Positions 13,995 through 27,278 are shown, counted from the first letter of the stretch. The stretch: 64,000 nucleotides of DNA from Octopus vulgaris (GCA_951406725.2 OX597835.1:32922001-32986000), one strand, 5' to 3'. The notes: a model not told the origin generated them from the sequence alone. Program-made: numbers and translations.

Positions 13995-14948
13995 TTTTAT
14001 CGTAAAAATGTTTAACTATATTGATGTGTGTGTGCTTGTGTGTGTAAATATTTAGATATACAATATATTAATGTGCGTGTGTCCGTGTGTGTGTGTGTAT
14101 TTATGTAAATACATGGAAGCACGCAAACAAAATAAACACACATAGGCTTATGCATATATATGCATATATACATACATACATACATACGCACGTACACACG
14201 TACTTACGTATGTGTGTGTAGTGTATATGTAACTATGTATGTATGTACGTATGTATGTATGTATGTCTGTATGTATGTATGTATGTATGTATGTATGTAT
14301 GTATGTATGTATGCATTTTGTAGTTTTGCACTGATTCTTCATCTTCATCTTTGTCTTGTATGAGTTCCTGACAGTTCTGACAATATTTTTCCCCTTCGTA
14401 TTTCTCTGTCGTACATTGTCAGAGTCTTTCAAAATTCTTCAGTTATGGTATGAAAGAGAAATACGTACACATCTATATGTCAAATTCTATACATGAAAAA
14501 AAAAATAACATAAGAACATTCATTCATATTTGCATATACACATATATACACATACATTTGCTTACGTGCATGTACACACGCAAGCACACATACATACGGA
14601 TAAAAAGATCGATAGATAACGAATGAATAAATATTTGCGTCAATCTTGTGTGTATTTCGTTAACAATAAAATGCATGTTTCTTAGAATGTTATTTATTTT
14701 TTAACGTTCTTTTGTATACGCTTGTCTGCTAGAAATACTTTCTTAATTCACTTTGAATTCAACCGATTTTGGATTGCCTTGATAATGTTTTGTTATATAT
14801 TAATTTGACTGGTAATTTCTGTATTTAAATATGCTGGCACGATAGAAACGATTGTTGGTATTGTGCATTGTTATCAGCAATTAAAGTTGGGATTTTCTCG
14901 ATTCATATTCTTGCTGTCTTATACTGCAAGTATATGCATTTATGTATA

Positions 14949-15002
<54 letters not shown>

Positions 15003-15065
15003 GGTGTCGGGTTGAGTCGGGGTTAACCACAGTAAATAAGGTACTCAATACATAGCAGAGTAAAT

Positions 15066-15191
15066 TAATTTATTTTATAGAAGGAGCTTCTACAGGACTA
15101 GAACAATTTCATTCAAATGAAATCATCAGGAAGCTACTGATGATTTCATTTGAATGAAACAGTTCTAGTCCTGTAGAAGCTCCTTCTATAA

Positions 15192-15200
<9 letters not shown>
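15066..15200. repeat. Fold-back palindrome (64-bp arms, 7-nt loop) whose arms contain a hammerhead motif
   Basis: 15066-15129 pairs with 15137-15200 with 2 mismatches. Arm consensus is agcttc-CTGATGA-tttcatttgaat-GAAA-cag-ttctagtc-ctg-TA-gaagct. Confidence 0.9.
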
Positions 15201-15250
<50 letters not shown>

Positions 15251-15396
15251 GTGAAATAGAAAGATGAATAATCTTGTAGCAGATTAATCAAAAGTTTAAC
15301 CGATACCTTGGTAGCAAAAATCACAGCAGAAGACAGCACGGTTGGAGGTACAACCATATGGTTTTGCAACCGTGCGTTGGTGCGGATAATTGAAAT

Positions 15397-15508
15397 TAAA
15401 ATATTATTGGTGAATTGAAGCAATGGAGCTGAACGAAGATTGAACATATACACATAAAACGATTTCTGTTCAATCTTCGTTCAGCTCCATTGCTTCAATT
15501 CACCAATA

Positions 15509-15516
<8 letters not shown>
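15397..15516. repeat. Perfect fold-back palindrome (50-bp arms, 20-nt loop) ending in (TA)n
   Basis: 15397-15446 is the exact reverse complement of 15467-15516. Confidence 0.95.
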
Positions 15517-15547
<31 letters not shown>

Positions 15548-15548
15548 G

Positions 15549-15652
<104 letters not shown>

Positions 15653-15653
15653 C

Positions 15654-15680
<27 letters not shown>

Positions 15681-15684
<4 letters not shown>

Positions 15685-16175
15685 CTAAACTTACGATGAA
15701 AGTAAGCAAAGTTTCAGATACAGCAATAATTTGTTCTCAAAGGCATGAAAATGCTAATACAATAGCATGAACAAGATAAACTATCCATATATTGCAAAAA
15801 AAAAAACGTTATCAGCCAGCCAGCCATGTGACTCGAATTCAAATCCCTGTGATTATGCGTGAAGTACTTTACCTTTAAACTAAACTGCCCAGTAACGTAT
15901 TGTTATACATCTCAACACTTCTAAAGCAAACTTTGTTTACTTTCATCGTAAGTTAAATTTAACGCTTGTGTGGTATAAAGCTAGATTTATAATTCCTGAA
16001 ATTGCAGAACAATTCGTTACTGGCCAGTGTAGCTTAAAAGTAAAGCATTTGACGCGTAATCATATGGATGAGAGTTCTCGCCTCATGTCTGGCCGGTAAC
16101 GAATTTTTCTGCGATATATGGATAGTCTATCCTGTTCGTGCTATTGTATTACTATTATGCGTTTGAGAATAAATT
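15681..16175. repeat. Two interleaved inverted repeats (A B A' B'); B contains a tRNA-like segment
   Basis: A 15681-15714 pairs with A' 15928-15960. B about 15727-15915 pairs with B' about 15996-16175 (diverged). A cloverleaf-like segment ggccag...ctggcc lies at 16022-16094. Confidence 0.75.
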
Positions 16176-16190
16176 ATATCAATATGTGTG

Positions 16191-16283
<93 letters not shown>

Positions 16284-16298
16284 GTATGTATGTATATT

Positions 16299-16342
<44 letters not shown>

Positions 16343-16384
16343 CATACATACATGCATACACATATATATATATATATACATACA

Positions 16385-16418
<34 letters not shown>

Positions 16419-16517
16419 ATGGGAAAGTTTACGAAAATAAACAAAAGACGAGAAGGCAGGTGAAGTACAAACAAACAAATGTATTAGTATAGCGCCCAGG
16501 AATAGAAATAGAAAAAG

Positions 16518-16555
16518 TCTTTTACGCTTCGAGCCCACGCTCTTCGACAGAAAGA
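16518..16555 (-). ncRNA. Variant minimal hammerhead-like motif in a Penelope-type terminal fragment
   Basis: tcttt-CTGTCGA-a-gagc-gtgg-gctc-GAAGC-GTA-aaaga, with two core substitutions. Confidence 0.5.
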
Positions 16556-17442
16556 TACAGAAAAAATACAAGGAGAGAAACGAGGAGAGAAAAAAGGACA
16601 GAAAAAGAAATATATATCACTACCCAGTGATTAACACATATTGAAGACGGTAAACCACCCAGAAACTCGGATCTGTGTGTATCACATAAGTCTAGAGATG
16701 GGAGAGATGACCTCCTTCGCAAATACTAATAGAACACACACCGTGTGTCGTTTGCCAGCTGGAGGAGATGTCTTCCTGGGATTAAAAGCAACAGTAGTAC
16801 TATGGCGGCGAACTGGGAGAGTCATTAACGCCAGAAGCAAACCGCTTTGCCGTATTTCGTCAATTTTATGTTTTCACTTCAAATTCCGACAAGGTCGACT
16901 TTGCCTTTTATCCTCTCGGGGTCAATAAAATGACTACCAGCTGTATGTTGCAAAATACAAACTTTGTGGTAAAGATTCTCAATGTAAAGCAATAGAGCAG
17001 AGACATTTATTTAATACATGAATCGATGTCTGTACCAAATTATCTGTGCTTACACATCAATCCATCATATGTTTAGTTCCCTAGTTTCTTCTCACTGAGA
17101 AAATCAAACCAAGTTCTGCCAGATTAATTAGTTTCGTAATTAGTGCTTTGTAAATGAACTAACTTATGTTTGCTATCACTTTTAATACCCAACGCCTAGC
17201 ATCAATCATATCTTTATTAAGTTTCAAAATATTTATATAATTATTCCTGATTAGATGCAGCCTTCCTCACATAATAATCTTTATTTGATTTCCATTATGT
17301 GCTGTCTCTCATGCTAATAATGTTCTGACAACTGAAAGGTAATTCTTCAGTTATTTTATTCTTAATTAAGCTCTATCAGTTTAAACACTAATTACTTTCT
17401 GCGAAATATCGGTTGTTCTAATTCTGGTGGATAATATTTCCA

Positions 17443-17811
17443 GCAGGAGTGGCTATGTGGTAAGCAGTTTGCTTAACAACCACATGGTTCCAGGATCTCA
17501 TCCCACTGCATGGCACCTTGGGCAAGTGTCTTCTACTATAACCTCGGGCCGACAAAATTTGTGAGTGGACTTGGTAGACAGAAACTGAAAGAAGCCTGTC
17601 ATATATATGTGTGTGTATATGTTTGAGTGTCTCTGTTTTCTCCCAGCATCGCTTGGAACCGATGTTGGTGTGTTTACGTAGCCGTAGCTTAGCGATAAAA
17701 TAAGTACTAAGCTTACAAAGAATAAAACCCAGGGTCGATTTGTTCGACTAAAGGTGGTGTTCCAGCGTGGCCGCAGTCAAATAACTGAAACGTGTAAAAG
17801 AACAAAAGAAA
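17443..17811 (+). mobile_element. SINE family A, near full length
   Basis: Matches the other family A copies from head to tail. Confidence 0.85.
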
Positions 17812-17917
17812 GATTTTGACGAGTTGTGTACTAGTTATGTAAACCAGTTGAAGTAGCCTTATCTACGAATGTAGTTTATATATGAGTATCCATCCCAATA
17901 ATTTCAGTCCATGCAGT

Positions 17918-18227
17918 GAAGGCGTGTGGCTCAGTGGTGAAGGGCATCCGGATAGCGATCGAGTGCGCCACCAGGCGGTACGTAGTGTCCTTGAGCAAAA
18001 CACTTAATTCATCGTTGCTCCAGTCCACTCATCTGGCAAAATTGGTTAGTACCTGTAATACAAGGTGTCAGCCTTAGTATAATTTATGTCGCCTTGAATC
18101 TTTGAGAGCACTACTTTAGGGTTACGTGTGTCTGTGAAGTTCTCAGCTGCTTGCACGTTACTTTCGCGAGCAGGCTGTTCTGTTGATCGGATCAACTGGA
18201 ACTCTCGTCGCCGTGACCAACGGAGTC
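17918..18227 (+). mobile_element. SINE family C
   Basis: tRNA-like head ggcgtgtggctcagtggt, V-domain-like gtgtccttgagcaaaacacttaa, 3' part ...gatcggatcaactggaac. Confidence 0.8.
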
Positions 18228-18668
18228 CGCGTTAGTTATGCGGAATGCATCATAACATCTGTCTATCACATTTGTAAAAAGTTCACAACATTTGGTAGAT
18301 TCGTTTGTTTTTATTTTTTCCTCGTATAAATTATCCAGGAACAGCACAGATTTTTCGGACACATATAATGCGGAAATATTTATAACCCGCACTATTTTAC
18401 ATTAATCTCCAGGTCTTTGTAGTTTCACTTAACTATTTTAGTAAAATTGATATTTGCTTAATTTAGATTTTGTTTATCAAGTTGAGCATCCCTGGTTTGG
18501 AAAAAAATAGATGAAGACGTGGCTGTGTAGTAAGAAGCTTGCTCGCTACTCTATGATTCCGGGTTCAGTCCCTCTGCACGGCTCTTTCAGCATGTGTCTT
18601 CTACTATAGCCTGGAGTGGACCAAAGTGAGCGGAATTGGTTGACGGAAGATGAAAGAAGCCCGTCGTA

Positions 18669-18735
<67 letters not shown>

Positions 18736-18739
18736 ATCT

Positions 18740-18822
<83 letters not shown>

Positions 18823-18868
18823 TAAATTAGAGTTCATTGTTTAAACCTCGCCAAGAAAAATATTTAAA

Positions 18869-18931
18869 CTACCTGATGAATGACTGCGACTCAAAAATTT
18901 GAAGACAGCAGGCAGGAAACGATCGTAGTGG
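18869..18931 (+). ncRNA. Type I hammerhead ribozyme motif with intact core
   Basis: ctac-CTGATGA-atgactgc...gcaggcag-GAAAC-gatc-GTA-gtgg. Stem III has a palindromic loop, and the island is flanked by (TA)n. Confidence 0.7.
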
Positions 18932-19144
18932 GATATTAATTATATATTTTTTTAATAATTTTGTTACATATTTAAATAATATAAATTAATCATATGTATT
19001 GGCTTAAGTCTTTCATTGTTTGATTTGCCTAATAGTGGTTTTGTCTCTAATTTAATATAATATAATATTTTACTATAAAATTGGATTCAATCCTAAATCT
19101 GATTTTTCCCTGTAAGTTTGGATTTATTCCCTAATATTTATTAT

Positions 19145-19175
<31 letters not shown>

Positions 19176-19932
19176 TTGTATATATATGTGTGTGTGTATG
19201 TGAGATTGACAACCTACCACCGTTTGACAACCGGTGCTGTTGCGTTTACGTCTCCGTAACTTAGCGGTTCGACAAAAGAGCCGATAGAATAAATAACATT
19301 TTTTTAAATATGGGGTCACTTCATTCGACTAAATATTCAAGGTGGTGCCCCAGCATGGCTGTTGTCTTATGACGGGAAAAAATCCTGAACGACTTTGTAA
19401 ACGAGGGTTCCGGAAAATCCATGCCTTGCCTGTATTTGAACAGAGTTTTATATAAATGTATTAATTTACTTGACTCTTAGAATTCCTATGGCCGGACATC
19501 CGGTTCCAGTGGCGTATAAGTGAGTAACACCGCAGCACTCACCCTGAATGGTACGCCGGTCCTTTGCCGGGCTCAGGACCAGTAATTTTGAAGGTCAGAG
19601 TACAAGTCGAGTACTTCGTCCTTTGTTCTTTGCTGGATATTTATTTTATTGACCGCGATGAAATAAAAGGCTAAGCTGACACTTGATAGATTTGAACTCA
19701 AAACATAAAGAGTCAGAAGGAATGCTATTAAGCTTTTTGTCCGATGTGCTAACAATTTTGCCGCCTTCCCTGCGCGCGCGCGTGAGTGTGTGTGTGTATG
19801 TGTGTATGTGTGTTTGTGTGTGCACGTGTGTGTTTGATTTTGCATGTGTGTTTATGTGTGCCTAAACATGAGAAATATGGAAATTGTGCTGCGTTATAAA
19901 AAGATGTATACATACATTCATACATACATACA

Positions 19933-19966
<34 letters not shown>

Positions 19967-20806
19967 CATACATATATATATGAATGTGTGTGTATGCACG
20001 CGCGTGTTTGTGTGTGTATATGTGTGTGTGTGTGAGTATGTGTGTGTGTGTGTGAGTATGCGTCTGTGTATGTGTGTGTGTATTTGAAGCGATTCCGAGC
20101 AGTGGAGTCATATTCCAAACGCCGTGTTTGGGAAAGCAAACATCATAATTTCAGTGTCATGCCTTCCTAACCAAAATTTGAAATCAATATGTTTGGTCGT
20201 CTGTTTATAGAATCACTTCAACAAAGGAACGATTATATTTCATAAAATCTTGAAATCCATACTTTCGCTATAAAATCCAGTTGAAATCGAAGAACACTTT
20301 ATCATGGTATCAGCTGGTTTCCCCCCGCCCCTGGCTTGTAGCATTTAGTAGCATTGATCAAGCAAATATTCAGCTTTTTGAAGTCCACTGCTTTGAAAGC
20401 AACATTCTACTCTGTCTAAACTATAACAATATTGCAGAATATCGCTTTTCTTAGGTAGCTTTAGCTGCATCACTTCAAATAAAATACACACCACTTTCAT
20501 TTTGCTCTCATATTTCTGTTTCAGTATTCTGAAGAGAAGCTATAATAACAATGACTTACATTTAGGAATGTGGAGCTCTGTACATTATGAAGTTCTCCTC
20601 TATGTTCATATTTAATACAAGTTTTGGCACAAGGCCAGCAATCTCAGGCGGAGGGGAGGAGATAAATCAATTACATTAACCCCAGTGTTCAACTGGTACT
20701 TATTTTATCGACTCCAAAATGAGGAAAGTTTAAAAAGAAAGGGAGGGGAAATGTAATTCGGAAGAAATGTCGCTAAGCATTTCTTCTGTCGCGATAACGA
20801 TTCTCA

Positions 20807-21640
20807 TTTCTTTACTGTCCACAAGGAGCTACACATAGAGGGGACAAACAAGGACAGACAAAAGGATTAAGTCGATTACGTCGACTCCAGTGCGTAACTG
20901 GTACTTATTTAATCTACCCCAAAAGGATGAAAGGCAGAATCGACCTCGGCGGAATTTGAACTCAGAACATAGCGGCAGACGAAATAACTATTTTTTTACT
21001 ACCCACAAGGGGCTAAACGCAGAGGGGACAAAGAAAGACAGACAAACGGATTAAGTCGATTACATCGACCCCAGTGCATAACTGGTACTTATTTAATCGA
21101 CCTCAAAATGATGAACGGCAAAATCGAGCTCGGCGGAATTTGAAGTCAGAACGTAACGGCAAACGAAATAACCATTTCTTTACTACCCACAGAGGGAACA
21201 AACACGGAGAGGATAAAACAAGGACAGACAAACAGATTAAGTCGATTATGTCGACTCCAGTGCGTAACTGGTACTTATTTAATCGACCCCGAAAGGATGA
21301 AAGGCAAAATCGACCTCGGCGGAACTTGAACTCAGAACGTAGCGGTAGATGAAATACCTATTTCTTTACTACCCACAAGGGGCTAAACACAGAGGGGACA
21401 AACAAGGACAGACAAACGGATTAAGTCGATTACATCGACCCCAGTGTGTAACTGGCACTTAATTTATCGACCCCGAAAGGATGAAAGGCAAAGTCGACCT
21501 TGGCGGATTTGAACTCAGAACGTAACGGCAGATGGAATACTGCTAAGCATTTCGCCCGACGTGCTAGCGTTTCTGCCAGCTCACCGTAGATGAAATACCG
21601 CTGAGCATTTCGTCCGGCGTGCTAACGATTCTGCCAGTCG
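20807..21640 (-). mobile_element. Head-to-tail concatemer of SINE family B (4 units of about 185 bp plus duplicated head)
   Basis: Units start at about 20807, 20991, 21175 and 21361. Each contains the Meta/MESC-like gcctttcatcctttcggggtcgat...agtaccag on the minus strand. Confidence 0.9.
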
Positions 21641-21898
21641 GCATTGTTGACTTCATTGAATACATAAAGCAAAATATGCCGAATATGGTCCTTTGTCACT
21701 TCCATTAGAGTTTTGAAAAATTGAACTGCAATCTTCAAAACTTGCACTACGAATAAGACCGAGGTAAAATTACTACCTGCTTTCATAGAAAGTTGATGCG
21801 GGAAGTTTATCCCACCACACTGCGACTTTTAATTAATGTAATTGAAAAACTGTGTAAGTTATGGAATGGCCCAATATATATATATATATATATATATG

Positions 21899-21931
<33 letters not shown>

Positions 21932-21960
21932 CTGTATATACATATCTATATCTATATCTA

Positions 21961-22011
<51 letters not shown>

Positions 22012-22019
22012 GTATATAC

Positions 22020-22089
<70 letters not shown>

Positions 22090-22095
22090 TATTTG

Positions 22096-22150
<55 letters not shown>

Positions 22151-22159
22151 ATGTGTGTA

Positions 22160-22194
<35 letters not shown>

Positions 22195-22309
22195 TGTAGG
22201 TGTGTATCTGTATATCAAGACTGACAAACATAACCACTCATATATATACATATGTATATATGTACATATACCTATGTACATATATATATACCTATGTATA
22301 TACGTATGC

Positions 22310-22343
<34 letters not shown>

Positions 22344-22703
22344 TATATGCATTATGTGTGTATATATATATATATATGTAATGTATATGTATACATTATA
22401 TATAAGTAAAACATATATGTATATACTTATGCATACATACATATATATATATATATATACATATGTGTGTACGTATGTATGTATGTATGTATATATAAAT
22501 CTGTGTATACATCAAGAAAGGGTTTTTGATAGGTAGGGCGTGGGCGAGTCAAAAAGTCAAAGAAACATATAGATTAATGAATGGAAAGTTCCATAGATAT
22601 AATCATAGCCCCGTTGGATAATCTCCACAAGAACCAATGAATTGTGTGTAGAGAAAGGAAATCAATGACTGGATATGTCATATCAATAATGATGATAATA
22701 ATG

Positions 22704-22779
<76 letters not shown>

Positions 22780-23656
22780 CGACAACAACAAATCAGCAGC
22801 AACAACAACAACTACAAGAATGATTATGCCATTTGTTTAAATGAGAATATGTTTTGTCCATAACTGCCGGAAATATGAAAAGAAAATCTTATTGATATTT
22901 TAGTTGGGGTTAAATACAGACAGTGACTTCTCAGTACATATTTGGCATATTTATTCATTTATTCCAATGTCAGACAAATCAAAGACGTTCTACATAGAAA
23001 AAGCAGGAAAACCCAAAGCGCACATTGGATTACAGACACATCAGTCAAGATTTCGCTCTTGGTCTCTCCCTCTCTTCTTTTCATATATTTATTGATTTAG
23101 GTGTAGAAACAGACAATAGACCAATAGTGAAGTGTATAGACACACACACACACACACACAATCGCATACAAACAAACACAGACGCTCACACTCAAATACA
23201 TAAGCATCTACAGAAGTACTTACGTATACAAACGAATAACGGTAAGTTAAATACCATACGAAATTAAAACTTCATTTGTGACGACAGGGTTTCGGGTTGG
23301 GTCCCGCTGCCCGGCACGTTGGGGAAGTGCTGTATAGAATTGTCCAGGACTAACCGGGAGGCACAAGGGAAATCTTCCAAGTAGATTTTTTTATATAACT
23401 GAAGATCTTCACACAGAACGCTGAACAAATACGAAAAATATTTGGCTATCTATGGTCAACTCACCTGATTTACAGTGAGGATATACCCTTTATATAACAC
23501 AACACACTGCTCGTTGTGGGAATCGAACTCACTACCTCATGATTATGAGCCCGCCCTTGTAACCACTGAGCCATGCGCGTTCATAAATATATAACGCATG
23601 ATATAATTATAAACATAGTGTTATTGGACCCTCAGGAAAGGAAAGAAAGAAGGAGG

Positions 23657-23691
23657 ATTTAACGTTTCGAGCGGAGCTCTTCGTCAGAAAT
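23657..23691 (-). ncRNA. Minimal type I hammerhead ribozyme motif (Penelope-type, palindromic stem III)
   Basis: attt-CTGACGA-a-gagc-tcc-gctc-GAAAC-GTT-aaat. Confidence 0.7.
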
Positions 23692-24469
23692 ATAGAAAAA
23701 GGGAAGCTCCAATGAAGGGAAGACCGTAGAAAAAAATCGCCAACGATATACACGCGGTCACATATTGATATATATATATATATGTATATATATATGTATG
23801 TATGTTGTATGTATGTATGTATATACACATATACATATAGCTAATTCAAATAAACAAACAATTAAAAACAGGGAGAAAAAGAAAAACCGGACGTGAGTAT
23901 ATGCACAAGAAATAAATTAATTTGACGGTCGGTAAAGGGAGAGAGTTCTTTGCTAAAAATCGACAAACTGTTGTTATTTATCACAGGTGTTTATTTCGTC
24001 TTTACCGCAAGGGGAAAAGAGAGAGCTGAACCTCAGGGAGCGTACAACTCAATGAATTTTTCAAATAAAATGAGACTGGATAACGTTGTTCTGTTCGTAG
24101 GAGGAAACAGCCAGGCCGGTCTTGTGTTTGTGTTTCCCAGGTATTGCTATTTATATCGATAGGCGTGGTACTGATGGAGATAGTGGTGTAACTGGTGAAC
24201 ATTTGAGTGAACTATTTAGTGAACATTATAGTGGACACTGGTTTATTTTGAATATAGTGATTGTGGTGATAGCGTTGGTGGATATAGTAGCTCTCACTGT
24301 GATCAACGTAGATGTGGTTGTGACAGTGGTGGTGGTGCCTGTCCTTATAGTGCTGGTTGCTGTCGTAGAAGTGGTGGTTGTCGTGTTGCAGGTGATGGTG
24401 GTCGTTGATTTGGTAGTGGTGGTGGTGGTTGTGGGTGTGGTGGCAATTGTGTTAGTGTTGGGCTTTACT

Positions 24470-24550
<81 letters not shown>

Positions 24551-26181
24551 ATTTATGTTCACTATGTTGTGTGTGGATGTTGCTCTGCTTGTGTGCGTAC
24601 ATACGGGTATGTTTATAAGTGCGATTTCATGTTATGAGAGAACAGGGTTAGGGTAGGAAAATGTGCGAGAAAAATATTAAGCGATGCAAATAATATTCAC
24701 CAAATAAACTCAATCGGATGATCAATGAAAATTCCTTCCCTCAATTCAAGTGTGAGCATATTAACAGCCAATTGGAAATTTCCAATGGAACGTTGTTTTG
24801 GCTAAAGCATGATTTTATATATGTGGATGTATGTGCAAATATATGCATTCCTACGTGTATGTTTGTTTTTACATATATGCGTGTGTGTGTGTGTGTGTAG
24901 CAATGTTCACTTCTTCTGACGACGATGACTTTAAAAGAAGGACGGAGTGGTGTCGTTGGTGTGTGGCACATGTTAAACCGATTATTATTGGTAGAGTGGT
25001 GGTTCGTAGCAGAGCATTCTTTCTCCTGGGCGTATGTTGTGTCTGTATATGACCAACGTTTAATCTTACATGGAATATTGGTTTCAAATTTTGGTACTAG
25101 ACTAGCAATTTCAGGGGAGAGAGTAAGTCGATCATATCAACTCTAGTGGTAACTGGCACTTATTATATCGACCTCCGAAGGATAAAATGGAAAAGTTGAG
25201 ATCACGTGGATTTGAATTCTGAACGTAAGTGTGGACGAAATGCTGCTATGCATTTTCCTTTTATGCTATTTTGCAAGTTTGCTGCTTTAAACTAGCACTT
25301 AATATTTCGGTCATCTTCAGGCGGCGAGCTGCCGGGCAAAAGATTTAACGGAATTTCGTCTGTCCTCTACGTTCTGAGTTCAAATTCCATCGAGGTTAAC
25401 TTTGTCTATCATCCTTCAGGGTCGATAAAATAAGTACAGGTGGGCAAAATGCTCAACGGCATTTCGTCTGTCTTTACATTCTAAGATTAAATTCCACCAG
25501 AGTCAACTTTGTATTTTATTCTTTCGGGGTCGATAAAATAATCGACTTACCCATCTCCTGAAATTGCTGGCCTTATGCCAAAATTGAAATCAATATTGCC
25601 GTCATCTTTTGATGATGTCTCTATATTAACTTATTTGATCAAATTCCAAATCGATTTCTTAACAGGATGGGCTGTCTTCTTTCTATTAAGCTGGAATTTT
25701 TTTTATTTATTTTGGTTCATTGACGAAATGTACATTTGTTGTGTCTTTTCTATAAGTTTGTCCATGGCCATTGCTCTGACGAACTCGTCTTTTTTTTATC
25801 GATAGTAACCCCAACGTGTCACTAGATTCTCTTCCCAGGCGTATCGTTTCTCTTCTCAACTTCCTTTAAGTCACAAATCCTTATATTCTAATTGCTTCTT
25901 TCCTCGAAGTGATGCTTTCTGGAACTCACTAACCTCATCTTGTATTCTTCAAGGAGCTTAAGCTTACTCAGTACCTAAAGCTTTCAGCTAATCGAAATCT
26001 TTTCCGTTTGCAGGATATCAGCAAGAACATCGAAGACTTCCACTGTGGTGTCAATGTCCGAAACTCTCATACAATTTTACAGATTACGTTAGAGGTAGCA
26101 GAGATGGAGCATGCATATAGCAGTTGATCGACGCCAGCTTTTCTGTAAAGAATTCTTTGGAAATAATTTACGAAAATAAAT

Positions 26182-26585
26182 AGGCGTAGGAGTGGCTGTG
26201 TGGTACGTAGCTTGCTTACCAACCACATGGTTCTGGGTTCAGTCCCACTGCGTGGCACCTTGGGTAAATGTCTTCTACTATAACCTCGGGTCGACCAAAG
26301 CCTTGTGAGTGGATTTGGTAGACGGAAACTGAAAGAAGCCCGTCGTATATATGTATATGTGTGTGTCTGTGTGTGTGTGTGTGTGTGTTTGTGTGTCCCT
26401 GTTTGTCCCCTCAACATCGCTTGGCAACCGATACTGGTGTGTTTACGTCCCCGTAACTTAGCGACCGATAGAATAAGTACTAGGCTTCCAAAGAACAAGT
26501 CCTGGAGTCGATTTGCTCGACTAAAGGCAGTGCTCCAGTATGGCCACAGTCAAATGAATGAAACAAGTAAAAGAGTAAAAGAGAA
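26182..26585 (+). mobile_element. SINE family A, full length
   Basis: Complete head, core, microsatellite and tail. Confidence 0.9.
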
Positions 26586-26877
26586 AGTAATGTAGATAAT
26601 CTCAATAATGGTGTTGAAGGCTCGTGGCCTGATGGTTAGCGTGCTGTACACAAGATCTTGACCTTGATTCCGCGGATAAGACGGTGAGGTTCGTTCATGA
26701 AGAAGAACACTTTATTTCACGTTGCTGCAGTCCTCTTGGTTGTAAAGGAGTGACCCTACGACAGATTCGGCTCGCATTCAAGTGTTATGTTGTGTTCTTG
26801 GTCACTTAAACCCTGTGGAAACCGGAAAAATCTGTCCTCTAAGTCCGAGGAGTGGGGAAAAAATTTTTCTTAGGGTT

Positions 26878-27161
26878 GATGACAACGATGACAATGACGA
26901 CGACAACGACGACAACGAAGACAACGATGACGACGACGATAATGATAATGATGGTGACGACGACAATGACAACCATGACGACGACGATTAAGATGATGAT
27001 GATGGGTGGTGGTGGTGGTGGTGGTGGTGGTGGAGGCGGCGGCGGCGGTGGGAATGATGATGATGATGGTGATGAAGAAATATGATGACGATATCGACGA
27101 TAACGATGATGATGATGGTGGTGGTGGTAGATGTGATGTTGATGATGATGACGACGATGAC

Positions 27162-27209
<48 letters not shown>

Positions 27210-27278
27210 GATGATGCTGTTGCTGGTGCTGGTGCTGGCCATGATGATGATGATGATAACGATGCCGATGCCGATGCC

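Noticed and set aside
14315-14440. Possible minus-strand exon (DSDNVRQRN... or ...YCQNCQELIQD...)
   Set aside because: No convincing splice donor or recognisable homology, and the frame is ambiguous.
16022-16094. Functional tRNA gene
   Set aside because: The T-loop and anticodon stem are degenerate, so it is treated as a tRNA-derived repeat. SINE heads were likewise not called as tRNAs.
20807-21545. CRISPR-like periodicity
   Set aside because: Whole units repeat with no unique spacers. The units are SINE bodies in a eukaryotic context.
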